From positions 1 to 40,090 of the IMG/VR virus record IMGVR_UViG_3300048890_000052: a stretch of 40,090 nucleotides of DNA; one strand, 5' to 3'. Numbering within the stretch: position 1 is the first letter of the stretch; each line of letters starts with the position of its first letter. Of this stretch, positions 24,246 through 31,932 are shown piece after piece. The stretch comes from a virus. The notes under the pieces are model-generated. The model saw nothing but the letters and a program-made list of their open reading frames with translations, was not told the DNA's origin and searched no databases. The translations under genes were made by a program, and so were the position numbers.

Positions 24246-26128
24246 GCCTTCTCACCCTTCCACCGCGCCACCGCCGGTATCTCGCTCTCATCGATCACCA
24301 GGTCGAGCGGCACCAGCGTCGCGCGCATCGCGATCCGCCCGAACTTCACCGTCACGCCCTCGAGCGCGCCCTCGCTCCGCCCCAGCGCCTGCGCCCACAC
24401 GCCGCCCGCCCATTTCTTGCCCGCGAAGATCCCGGCAATGGCCTGGTGCGAATTGGCGACGGCCAGAAAGCCCGGCCTGCCCGGCACCCAGATTGCCGAG
24501 CCCGTCCCGGTCGGCGTCACGATCTTGAGACCCAGCTCCTGCAGCCGGCGATGATGCTTGCCCTCGCCGCCCGAGGGATCGCATATTTCCTGCACGGCCG
24601 AGCCGATCCAGGTGCCGATGCTCTCGCGCTCATCGCCGCCGCGCGCCTGCACCATCGTCGTGCGCAGGTGCGTCAGGCACAGCTCATGCTCCTCGGCGCT
24701 GTCCGCGACCTCGCGCAGGAACTTCACGTCGCACAGCGCGGCTGCAGCCTCGATCGTCGCCAGATCCGGCAACCGATCGTAAAGCAGCAGGTCCGCACAG
24801 GCGAGCAGCGTGCCGAACTGGTCGCACGCGCGCGCCGTGTGGCCCATGTCGGCCAGCGCCTCCTGATAGGCGGCATAGGTCTCGCCCCAGCGCTCCCACC
24901 CGTCGACCATGCGCCTGAGCAGCTTGCGGCCGAGCTCGCCCAGCCGCGCCGCCTTGAAATCCGGTTTCTTCGCCGCCTTGTCGAAGGGCTTGAGCGCACA
25001 CACCGCCCAGCGGCTGCGGTCTTGCGGCTCCATCGGCGGGATCAGGATCGAGCTCGCCCAGAAGCTCGACTGCAGCGTGAAGTCCATCGCCTGGTGATCC
25101 TGCCCACCGCGCCCCGCATCGTCGCCGCTGGAGCTCACCCGTGCCAGCTCAAGGATCGCCTTGGTACGCCGGCCATCCTCCTCCGCCTCGAGCTCGTCGA
25201 GGAACACCGGCACCGTCGAATTGCGCAGCCGCTGGCGGATATAGGCCGCGCTCGCATCGGCGCTGCGCAGCCGGCCATTGCCGAAGATCTGGTCGAGCAT
25301 GCCATGCTTGCCATTGAGCGTCGACTTGCCGGTGCCGCGCCCGCCCGTGATCCAGACGCTCGGCCGCCATTCCAGCGCGCCGCCCAGGAAGGCCGCGCCG
25401 ATCCCGCCCAGCACCAGCAGCGGATCCAGGAGCGGCCGCTTCCAGTTCCAGCTCGCCAGCAGCGACCGCGTGATCTCGCCTGCCCGTTCGCCCACCGGCT
25501 CGGGCCAGGGGCGCGGGATCGGCGCGGCGGCGGGATAGACGAAATCGCCGTGCAGGCCGGTATCGAACCACTCGATCTCGGCCGCCTCGCCATTGATGCG
25601 CAGCCGCCGCCGCATGATCATGTTGCCGCAATGCAGGACCAGGGCGTCATTGCCGCTCCGGTGCGCACCGGCGCCACGGATCCGCCCTGTCGGATCGAAT
25701 ATCCCGCGGCGCGTGCATTCGACGATCAGCGCGTCGGACGCCGCAGCCTGGTCGAACCCCTTCAGCACCGAGGGCTTGAGGATATCGCCGGTTTTCCTGT
25801 CCGTCTTTTCCTCGGTCCACTGGCCGAAATGGCGCTCGAGCCAGCTCTTTTTCGTACCAAATAGGCCAATCAGGCTGTTCTTGCCGTGACGGTTGCCCAT
25901 CTCGAGCTTGATGATCTGGCCGTTGATGTCGAGGTAGAAGCATTGCTGCTCAAGCACCCCGAGCGGCTGGATCGGGCAGTCCGGCGGCAAGGGCGGTGCG
26001 TCGAGATCATCGCCATCATCATGCCCGCCGAACGGGCGCAGATCGCCCGCCTCGGCCAGCACCGGCGCATCCTCGGCCGCATCGATCGCGGCCCCTATGT
26101 CGACGATATTGCCCCCCCGGCTAGCCAT
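24242..26128 (-). CDS. P-loop NTPase, probable SF3-type replicative helicase (628 aa)
   Basis: Walker A ITGGRGTGKST, Walker B PVFLDELE. Start MASRGGN at 26128 overlaps the upstream stop. Sits in the same operon as the Toprim protein, as in P4-alpha-like split systems. Confidence 0.75.
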   Translation of the reverse strand: MASRGGNIVDIGAAIDAAEDAPVLAEAGDLRPFGGHDDGDDLDAPPLPPDCPIQPLGVLEQQCFYLDINGQIIKLEMGNRHGKNSLIGLFGTKKSWLERHFGQWTEEKTDRKTGDILKPSVLKGFDQAAASDALIVECTRRGIFDPTGRIRGAGAHRSGNDALVLHCGNMIMRRRLRINGEAAEIEWFDTGLHGDFVYPAAAPIPRPWPEPVGERAGEITRSLLASWNWKRPLLDPLLVLGGIGAAFLGGALEWRPSVWITGGRGTGKSTLNGKHGMLDQIFGNGRLRSADASAAYIRQRLRNSTVPVFLDELEAEEDGRRTKAILELARVSSSGDDAGRGGQDHQAMDFTLQSSFWASSILIPPMEPQDRSRWAVCALKPFDKAAKKPDFKAARLGELGRKLLRRMVDGWERWGETYAAYQEALADMGHTARACDQFGTLLACADLLLYDRLPDLATIEAAAALCDVKFLREVADSAEEHELCLTHLRTTMVQARGGDERESIGTWIGSAVQEICDPSGGEGKHHRRLQELGLKIVTPTGTGSAIWVPGRPGFLAVANSHQAIAGIFAGKKWAGGVWAQALGRSEGALEGVTVKFGRIAMRATLVPLDLVIDESEIPAVARWKGEKA

Positions 26129-26454
26129 CAGTGCCCGCCCCTCACGCCGAGAAACGCCTGCCAATCGCGATCGCCGATCACGCCGCGCTCTTTCCATGCA
26201 ATCCTAAAATTCGGCATAGCCTTGCCACGCGCCATCAGCGCGATGCGCACCCGCTGGCGGCTCTCAGGCAGCAGGAAATTCGCGACATCCAGTTCGCTAT
26301 GATGATCCTCACACAACGGCAGATCGACAATCATCCGCAGCGGCTGGCTACGCTTGCCACCCAGGGCGGGCACGCAAATCACCGCGTAGTAAATTCCGAG
26401 CCGTTCGCATCCGTCGCGCGAACATCCCCCAACGGTGCCCGATTGGCTCGCCAT
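26128..26454 (-). CDS. Hypothetical Cys/His-containing protein (108 aa)
   Basis: Start and stop are both ATGA-coupled. GGCSRDGCERLG..VICVP..LCEDHH suggests metal binding. Confidence 0.5.
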   Translation of the reverse strand: MASQSGTVGGCSRDGCERLGIYYAVICVPALGGKRSQPLRMIVDLPLCEDHHSELDVANFLLPESRQRVRIALMARGKAMPNFRIAWKERGVIGDRDWQAFLGVRGGH

Positions 26455-26777
26455 CAGGACAACCCCCGCAGCCGCGGATCATAGCGCTTTTCCATCTCAC
26501 CCAGCTTGGGCAGCGGCAGCAGCACGTCGGGCGGGCGACGCGGCGCAATTGGGGGAGCAGACGCGGTCCGCTCCCCCTCCCTTGCGGGCGCTGTTTGGGG
26601 GAGCCCTGTCGGCGCCTGGGGATGCCCGATGACATCCCGGGGGAGGTCTCGCGAACCGTGCCCCACTCCCCTCTCGGGTATTTGGTCCCTGACTGGCTTT
26701 CTGCAGCGGATAAGTTTGTCAGGCCGCACGATGCGCCCCGCCTCCCGGCTGAACCCGTAGCGTGTGATGCGGGGCAT
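26454..26777 (-). CDS. Hypothetical Pro/Arg-rich protein (107 aa)
   Basis: ATGA coupling at both ends is the main support. Low-complexity composition. Confidence 0.35.
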   Translation of the reverse strand: MPRITRYGFSREAGRIVRPDKLIRCRKPVRDQIPERGVGHGSRDLPRDVIGHPQAPTGLPQTAPAREGERTASAPPIAPRRPPDVLLPLPKLGEMEKRYDPRLRGLS

Positions 26778-26935
26778 CAGTCTAGCCCCCGATGCGCTGG
26801 ACAGAGAGCGGCCCATGCCCCCCCCCTGCCGAAAGCACGATTGGCAAAGATCACTTCCCATCCGCTGGGCGCCGCCTCCGGCAGCGTCCCGATCGCCTTC
26901 GCGGCGCACTTCCGGCATCGAACCAACTCTCTCAC
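26777..26935 (-). CDS. Small zinc-ribbon-like protein (52 aa, GTG start)
   Basis: GTG overlaps the primase TGA (GTGA). RELVRCRKCAAKAIG..WAALCPAH gives a CxxC...CxxH pattern. Its stop overlaps the next ATG. Confidence 0.4.
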   Translation of the reverse strand: MRELVRCRKCAAKAIGTLPEAAPSGWEVIFANRAFGRGGAWAALCPAHRGLD

Positions 26936-28041
26936 GCCGCCCTCTCCCCACCAGCCCGCGCACCGCGCTGCAGCCATAAATTGAGATCCTTCACCCCCAC
27001 AGGCGGCATCACATATTGGACGTGCATGCCGCGCGCCTGCTGCCGCGCAATCACCCGCTCGAGCAGGTCGGTGGCCTTGCTGCCCGCCTCATCGCGGTCG
27101 CACAGCAGCACCAGGCGCCGGACGTGCTCGGGAAAGACGATCGACCCGATATTGCCCAGCGAGTACCCGGCATCGATGCGGATCTCGGGCTTGGCCATCG
27201 CGGCGGTCAGGCAATCCTCGATCCCCTCGGCCATATGCTCGACCTCGCCTTCCGGCATCTGCGACATGGACTTGCCCGAGGGGCCGTGCCGCAATGGGAT
27301 GAACGACCCCGCGCAGGCGCCCAGCACCATCTTGGCATTGGGACTGTCCAGCTTCACCCAGCCCTTGCGCTCGCACCAGCGCAAATAGGTGCGATGGCTC
27401 GCCACATGCACGCCCGCCGGCGTCACCATCTGGGCGATCATCGCCGGGATCTTGAGCCCCTGCTCGCGGTTCCACACTTCGGCATGGAATTTCAGCGAAC
27501 CCGGCCATTTGCCCAGCCGCGCCACATCGATGCCACGCCCGCGCAGATAGGCTTCCGCCGGCGTCCCAGCGATCGGCTTGGCCCCCATCCACAGCGCCAC
27601 CGCGCGCTTGCGCTTGACCTCCTTCAGCTCGGCCGCCTTGATCACATCGGCCTCGGCCGATGCACGCGCCTCGCGCTTCTTCGTCTCGAGCCGATCGGCA
27701 TCGAGCCCGTCCAGGCCCAGCCAGCTCTTGGCCCATTTGATCGCGTCGACCAGCTCGCCCCGGAACAATATCTTGGCGATCAGCAGCAGGCAGTCGCCGC
27801 CGCCATCGTCGCTGCCCAGCGCCGCGAAATCCGCCCACATGCCGCGATTGGGCCCGTCGACATTGATCTTGAGACTCTGCCCCGGCTCGCCGGACAGCGA
27901 CCCCACGCACAGATAATGCCCGTCCCGCTTCGCATTGGGCAGCAGCTGCCACACCAGCGCCTCGACCTGGGCGCGCAGCAGCTGCTCGATCTCGCGCACC
28001 TCGATCGCGAATTGCGGTCTATCCCGGGCCGGGGCGTTCAT
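26932..28041 (-). CDS. Toprim-domain primase-like protein (369 aa)
   Basis: HMAEGIEDCLTAAMA (Toprim Glu) and LVLLCDRDEAGSKA (DxD). Architecture resembles alphaproteobacterial prophage primase-like proteins. No zinc finger in the protein itself. Confidence 0.8.
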   Translation of the reverse strand: MNAPARDRPQFAIEVREIEQLLRAQVEALVWQLLPNAKRDGHYLCVGSLSGEPGQSLKINVDGPNRGMWADFAALGSDDGGGDCLLLIAKILFRGELVDAIKWAKSWLGLDGLDADRLETKKREARASAEADVIKAAELKEVKRKRAVALWMGAKPIAGTPAEAYLRGRGIDVARLGKWPGSLKFHAEVWNREQGLKIPAMIAQMVTPAGVHVASHRTYLRWCERKGWVKLDSPNAKMVLGACAGSFIPLRHGPSGKSMSQMPEGEVEHMAEGIEDCLTAAMAKPEIRIDAGYSLGNIGSIVFPEHVRRLVLLCDRDEAGSKATDLLERVIARQQARGMHVQYVMPPVGVKDLNLWLQRGARAGGERAA

Positions 28042-28163
28042 CGCCGTTCATCCCTGGGCAGCGGATTTCCCGGCAGGCCCGGCAGCACGCAGAAATGATA
28101 TTCGTAGGGCGCGACCGGCAACAAACGACCGCACTTCGGGCAACAGGCCGGACTGGTGCTCAT
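28038..28163 (-). CDS. Micro-ORF (41 aa) with CCPKCG motif, coupled to the primase
   Basis: MSTSPACCPKCGRLLPVAPYEYHFCVLPGLPGNPLPRDERR. Its ATG overlaps the upstream TGA and its stop overlaps the primase ATG. It is below the ORF-track size cutoff. Confidence 0.4.
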   Translation of the reverse strand: MSTSPACCPKCGRLLPVAPYEYHFCVLPGLPGNPLPRDERR

Positions 28164-28408
28164 CGCGCCCACTCCGGCGGCCATGCGCCGCCTTCGGGCC
28201 CGGCGGGGGAAACGGGAGAAAACCCCGCCGGGCCGTCGGCGACCCGGCGCGCGTCCTGATCGGCGCGCGCTTGGGAACCGAGTAATTCCTGTAATCTGCG
28301 ATCGGCCACGAGCAGCTCGGTCAACGCATCATTGACCGCCCGCACCGCATTGGCCTTGCGATAGCGCGCCAGATCGAGCTGATCGCCGCCGCCGCCCATC
28401 AGCCGCAC
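28160..28408 (-). CDS. Hypothetical protein (82 aa; alternative ATG at 28399), first gene of the leftward replication operon
   Basis: Helical (LARYRKANAVRAVNDALTELLVADRRLQELL). Coupled to the downstream micro-ORF. Confidence 0.5.
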   Translation of the reverse strand: MRLMGGGGDQLDLARYRKANAVRAVNDALTELLVADRRLQELLGSQARADQDARRVADGPAGFSPVSPAGPEGGAWPPEWAR

Positions 28409-28492
28409 CCCGCCAGAGCGGCGGGCAGGATTGCTCCCGCCCGCCTACCGGTCCATCCAGACAGAGCGACCAGACAAGGAGGGACCGGAACC

Positions 28493-28753
28493 GTGGACTT
28501 GATCGATATCGAAATGCGCCTGATCGTGCTGGAAACGATGGTGGCGGACCTGACCGCCCGGCGCTTCGCCGACGAGGCGGCCATGCGCCGCTGGACGGAA
28601 GAAAACGACGCGCAGCTCACCGCGCACGAGGAACGGTCGAAGCACAAGCCAGAGGTCATCGCACGTCACCGCGCGGTATGGGACGCAATGCTCGCAACAG
28701 TGCGCGCACGGTTTCAGCACTTGAACAGGCCGCCAGCCAGGGATCCCGGCTGA
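28493..28753 (+). CDS. Hypothetical helical protein (86 aa)
   Basis: GTG start 10 nt after a strong AAGGAGGG. High GC3. Divergent from the replication operon. Confidence 0.55.
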   Translation: MDLIDIEMRLIVLETMVADLTARRFADEAAMRRWTEENDAQLTAHEERSKHKPEVIARHRAVWDAMLATVRARFQHLNRPPARDPG

Positions 28754-28897
28754 CACCGCCTTGCTCAGCGGCGATCAGCATCACCCGATCGAGCGCCGCC
28801 TCGTGGCTTTGGGAGGGAAAGGCGTCGCCCATCACGCGGCTTTCTCGAATTCAGGCGCGCCGTGATATGGACTAACGACTCGAGGGGGGAATATCGA

Positions 28898-29290
28898 ATG
28901 CGGAAAACATGGGTAATACTTGGCCTGGTGCTGGCAGGTTGCTCGAAAAGTGACAATGCTGCGGACAATAACGGTTACCCGCCGACTGACGCCGTCACGA
29001 CAGCACCAGTAAAAAAGGCGGTTACCGCATGGAGCGACTGCCTCATCTATGGGATCAAGCAAGTCGACAATACGAAGGAACCGGCCGTCACGATCGCGGA
29101 GGCCGCAATGGCGGGATGCACGCGCGCTGAGACGAACCTGGAAGATCGACTGTTTGACGCCATGAAGAAGAGCGGTAATCCACTTGAGGTGCGCGCCATC
29201 GCCGCTGACATGGTGGATGGCTTTCGCACCCGCATGAGATCGCAAACTATCCGATGGGTCTTGTCGAAACATGCGGAGGAGCGTCACTGA
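28898..29290 (+). CDS. Lipoprotein (130 aa), moron-like
   Basis: MRKTWVILGLVLAGCSKSD is a signal peptide with lipobox LAGC. RBS GGGGGGA. Visibly lower GC than its surroundings. Oriented against the flanking phage operon. Confidence 0.7.
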   Translation: MRKTWVILGLVLAGCSKSDNAADNNGYPPTDAVTTAPVKKAVTAWSDCLIYGIKQVDNTKEPAVTIAEAAMAGCTRAETNLEDRLFDAMKKSGNPLEVRAIAADMVDGFRTRMRSQTIRWVLSKHAEERH

Positions 29291-29292
29291 CA

Positions 29293-29535
29293 TCACGCCG
29301 CCACCTGCCGGTGCGACTGCCCGGACGCCCATTCAGGAAGATCGTAAAAATCATTCGGGCTCGCGATCCCTTCGCGGTGGAGTTCGATCAGATAGGCAGC
29401 GCCGGGAACCTCGGTTCCGTTCTCCCAACGCCACCATTGCTGCCGCGTTGCACCGACGATATTGGCTGCGGCCGCCTGGGTCAGGCGGTGTTCGCGCCGC
29501 CATGCCTGCATTTTGGAGTGAGACTGTTTCGCCAT
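29293..29535 (-). CDS. XRE-family HTH regulator (80 aa), Cro-like candidate
   Basis: HRLTQAAAANIVGATRQQWWRWENG is an HTH_3-type motif. Divergent from the second HTH gene across a 71-bp operator region. No SD upstream of the ATG. Confidence 0.8.
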   Translation of the reverse strand: MAKQSHSKMQAWRREHRLTQAAAANIVGATRQQWWRWENGTEVPGAAYLIELHREGIASPNDFYDLPEWASGQSHRQVAA

Positions 29536-29546
29536 GGGACAGTCTG

Positions 29547-29563
29547 GTAACGCCTAACGTTAC
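29547..29563. promoter_or_regulatory. Operator O1, perfect GTAACG-N5-CGTTAC
   Basis: GTAACGCCTAACGTTAC, located between the divergent HTH genes. Confidence 0.65.
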
Positions 29564-29579
29564 AACTTGACAACCCCAT

Positions 29580-29596
29580 GTAACGTATGGCGTATC
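29580..29596. promoter_or_regulatory. Operator O2, imperfect (GTAACG-TATGG-CGTATC)
   Basis: Starts 33 bp after the O1 start. There are two mismatches in the right half-site. Confidence 0.5.
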
Positions 29597-29606
29597 TTTT
29601 TTGCTT

Positions 29607-29978
29607 ATGCAGAATGTCGTACCTTTCATTGCGATGGACGAGTTTCCAAATCGCATCAATGAGCTACGGCGCATGGCTGGCCTGACGCAGGAAGCGTTGG
29701 CCAACCTGCTCGGCACGTCCAAAATGAACGTATCCCGTTACGAGACCGGCAAGCAGGATCTCACCATTGACTGGATGCGACGTTTTGCCGAAGCCTTGGG
29801 CTGCGAGCCGGCGGAAATTCTCAGCGACCAGGACAACCCGATGCGACTGCGCCCGACCGAACGGCAGCTGATCACCCGCTTCCGCTCAGGATCCCCCGAC
29901 CGTCAGGACGATCTGCGCCGGGTTGCTGAAACCCTCATCCCCTACACCCCTCAACCGCGCGATCGCAGCGCCGCTTGA
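29607..29978 (+). CDS. XRE-family HTH regulator (123 aa from ATG 29607; TTG 29601 possible), CI-like candidate without peptidase domain
   Basis: LRRMAGLTQEALANLLGTSKMNVSRYETGKQDLT is an HTH_3-type motif. No S24-like C-terminal domain. No SD upstream. Confidence 0.8.
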   Translation: MQNVVPFIAMDEFPNRINELRRMAGLTQEALANLLGTSKMNVSRYETGKQDLTIDWMRRFAEALGCEPAEILSDQDNPMRLRPTERQLITRFRSGSPDRQDDLRRVAETLIPYTPQPRDRSAA

Positions 29979-30347
29979 TCACGGCCACGCGCGCGCCAAA
30001 CCCGCGCGCATCTGCGCCGCGCCCAGATCGCGGCCCTCAACCGCGCACCGCACGATCGGGCGCCCATATCGATCATCCGGCGCCACCCGGGCACAATCGA
30101 TCGGTCCCCGCGCCGCCAGCGAACGGATATGGTTACGAGACTTGAAACCAAGCGGGAAATCGCACCAACTGTGTCGGCCTGGACGGCGGCACTTTGGGCT
30201 GCCGGGTAGTTCCGGCGCGTCGATCGCTGCTAGCCGCATTGTTCGGCCGCCACAGCGGATATCGTCGCCATCATGAAAATAGGGCGCATCGCAGCGGAAG
30301 CTGCCGCCCGATACCGCCAGCGCGAGCGAGAGTGAGAAAATGAACAT
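29979..30347 (-). CDS. Secreted thermonuclease (SNase)-like nuclease (122 aa)
   Basis: Signal peptide MFIFSLSLALAVSGG. HDGDDIRCGGRTMRLAAIDAPE matches the SNase DGDT..RLxGIDAPE motif. The later DRYGRPIV..GLARAW is also SNase-like. Confidence 0.8.
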   Translation of the reverse strand: MFIFSLSLALAVSGGSFRCDAPYFHDGDDIRCGGRTMRLAAIDAPELPGSPKCRRPGRHSWCDFPLGFKSRNHIRSLAARGPIDCARVAPDDRYGRPIVRCAVEGRDLGAAQMRAGLARAWP

Positions 30348-30484
30348 GCCAGCACCCTAACACGAGCGCGGATGCATCCTGCCTAAAACCGCGCCGAAAC
30401 GGCTTGAAATTTGTAAGCTGCAAACCGAGAGATGCCCAGGCACACTCGGTTCGTCGCATTTTTGTTCGCTATCCGTTCCGATAT

Positions 30485-30501
30485 GTAACGGTAGGTGATA
30501 C
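30485..30501. promoter_or_regulatory. Operator O3, imperfect (GTAACG-GTAGG-TGATAC)
   Basis: Same left half-site and N5 spacing as O1. Starts 33 bp before the O4 start. Confidence 0.45.
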
Positions 30502-30509
30502 TTTTTAGC

Positions 30510-30537
30510 TTGACCTTGTAACGTATACCGTTACTTC
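30510..30537 (+). promoter_or_regulatory. Rightward early promoter candidate
   Basis: TTGACC (30510-30515), a 16-nt spacer, then TACTTC (30532-30537). Operator O4 lies in the spacer and the -10 element. Confidence 0.4.
30518..30534. promoter_or_regulatory. Operator O4, perfect GTAACG-N5-CGTTAC
   Basis: GTAACGTATACCGTTAC, overlapping the candidate rightward promoter. Confidence 0.65.
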
Positions 30538-30540
30538 TGT

Positions 30541-30560
30541 CCTCCGTTAACCCACGGAGG
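30541..30560 (+). promoter_or_regulatory. Hairpin pairing the Shine-Dalgarno of the first rightward gene
   Basis: CCTCCG-TTAACCCA-CGGAGG. The GGAGG of the 3' arm is the SD, and ATG 30566 follows it after a 5-nt spacer. Confidence 0.4.
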
Positions 30561-30565
30561 GCATC

Positions 30566-30973
30566 ATGCACCTTGTCCACACTACCCCACCGCCCAGCGC
30601 CCCGGTCGCCTGCATTGCCGAGGCCCGCGCCGCGCGCCACGCCGTGCAGGACCGGGCCGAACCGACCTGGCCGATGCACACCATCGCCCGCAAGCTCGGC
30701 GTCAACCACCGCAGCGCGCGCTGGCAGCGCGACTACATCACCGCCCTGATCGTCAACGAGGGCTTTCCCCAGCCGCTGCCGACCCTGGTCAGCGGCGCGA
30801 TCAGCCGCGAGATCTCGCCGGCGAAATCGCGCTGGATCCCCGCCGCGGTCGCCGCCTGGCTCGGCGGCACACTACCCCCCGGCACCCTCGCCGCGCTCGA
30901 CAGCGCCGACGCCCGCGACGCCGCCGACCGCCTCGACGCCCGCGCCGACGCCCTGTTCGGAGGCGCGGCATGA
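30566..30973 (+). CDS. Hypothetical early protein (135 aa)
   Basis: Good RBS. First gene after the operator-controlled promoter. MHTIARKLGVNHRSARWQRDYI may be helix-turn-helix-like. Confidence 0.6.
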   Translation: MHLVHTTPPPSAPVACIAEARAARHAVQDRAEPTWPMHTIARKLGVNHRSARWQRDYITALIVNEGFPQPLPTLVSGAISREISPAKSRWIPAAVAAWLGGTLPPGTLAALDSADARDAADRLDARADALFGGAA

Positions 30974-31512
30974 AGCTCATCAACATCGACGGCCGCGATC
31001 ACGCCAGCTGCATCCGCGATGAGCAGGACGGGATGAACGCGCTCATCGTCAACGAAGACGTCACCTACATTCCGGCCGGAAAGCTGCGGCTGACCGCGCG
31101 CGGCGAGACGGACGCCAAGCTGTCCACCATCCTGCTGCTAGTATCCACCGGCGACGCCGGCCTGCACTGCACCATGACCCCCGATGCCTGCCGCAATCTG
31201 GCGCGGCAGCTTCTGTCCGTCGCCGGCATGGTCGAGGCCAATGCCGCCCAGGCAGCGGCAGACGCCATCGCACGCGCCAGAACAGGGGGGGGGGAAGGCA
31301 TGAAAGCCGCAGACCTCACCCAGCCGCTCGACGCGATCGCCGACAAGCTGAAATTCTACCGCTTCCTCGGTCGCCACGCGGAGGCCGAGGCCGCTGGTCA
31401 CGCGCTGGCCCTCGGCCTGAACTTCCAGCTCGAACTGTCGCGCCTCGAGATCCTCGAGGCGAAGATGGACGCCGAGCCCGAGGACAGCGCCGGCCGGCAG
31501 GTGGCGGCATGA
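30970..31512 (+). CDS. Hypothetical protein (180 aa)
   Basis: ATGA overlap with the upstream gene. High GC3. Confidence 0.55.
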   Translation: MKLINIDGRDHASCIRDEQDGMNALIVNEDVTYIPAGKLRLTARGETDAKLSTILLLVSTGDAGLHCTMTPDACRNLARQLLSVAGMVEANAAQAAADAIARARTGGGEGMKAADLTQPLDAIADKLKFYRFLGRHAEAEAAGHALALGLNFQLELSRLEILEAKMDAEPEDSAGRQVAA

Positions 31513-31781
31513 CCGGCAATGTCGCCACCCCGACAGGCTGGCCGCGCGCGGCCACGCCCTGCGACCTCAAGCCCAAATGGGCCGGTGAATTCAGGGACTT
31601 CGACGATTGGGTGAACTTCGCCGGGGCACGCCTGTCCGGCGCGACCGGCACCGTCGGCCAAAGCGTGCCGCCCATCTGCGTCGACGCGCGCGGCCGCCGC
31701 TGCCACGTCGGCAAGGACTTCATGCGCGCCCGCGAGGAGCAGGCCTTCCCGGTCCGCTACTTCTGGGAGTGCGAGCCATGA
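31509..31781 (+). CDS. Hypothetical protein (90 aa)
   Basis: ATGA overlap with the upstream gene. Confidence 0.5.
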   Translation: MTGNVATPTGWPRAATPCDLKPKWAGEFRDFDDWVNFAGARLSGATGTVGQSVPPICVDARGRRCHVGKDFMRAREEQAFPVRYFWECEP

Positions 31782-31876
31782 TCACGCGCATCACCGGCGA
31801 ACGCGCCGCCGTCGCGATCCTCGCCTGGACCGCCCTCTGCAGCGCCGTGATCAACTTCCTGTTGCCGCTGCCATGA
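31778..31876 (+). CDS. Micro-ORF, single-TM peptide (32 aa)
   Basis: MITRITGERAAVAILAWTALCSAVINFLLPLP. ATGA overlap with the upstream stop. Confidence 0.35.
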   Translation: MITRITGERAAVAILAWTALCSAVINFLLPLP

Positions 31877-31932
31877 GCGCGGCGACCCACCCCTTTTGAA
31901 CCTGTTCCCCACCAGCCAACCAAGGAGATTTT

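Noticed and set aside
28832-29332. 166-aa minus-strand ORF in the immunity region
   Set aside because: It is antisense to the lipoprotein gene, which has a lipobox, a signal peptide and a strong RBS. It also overlaps the end of the 80-aa HTH gene in another frame.
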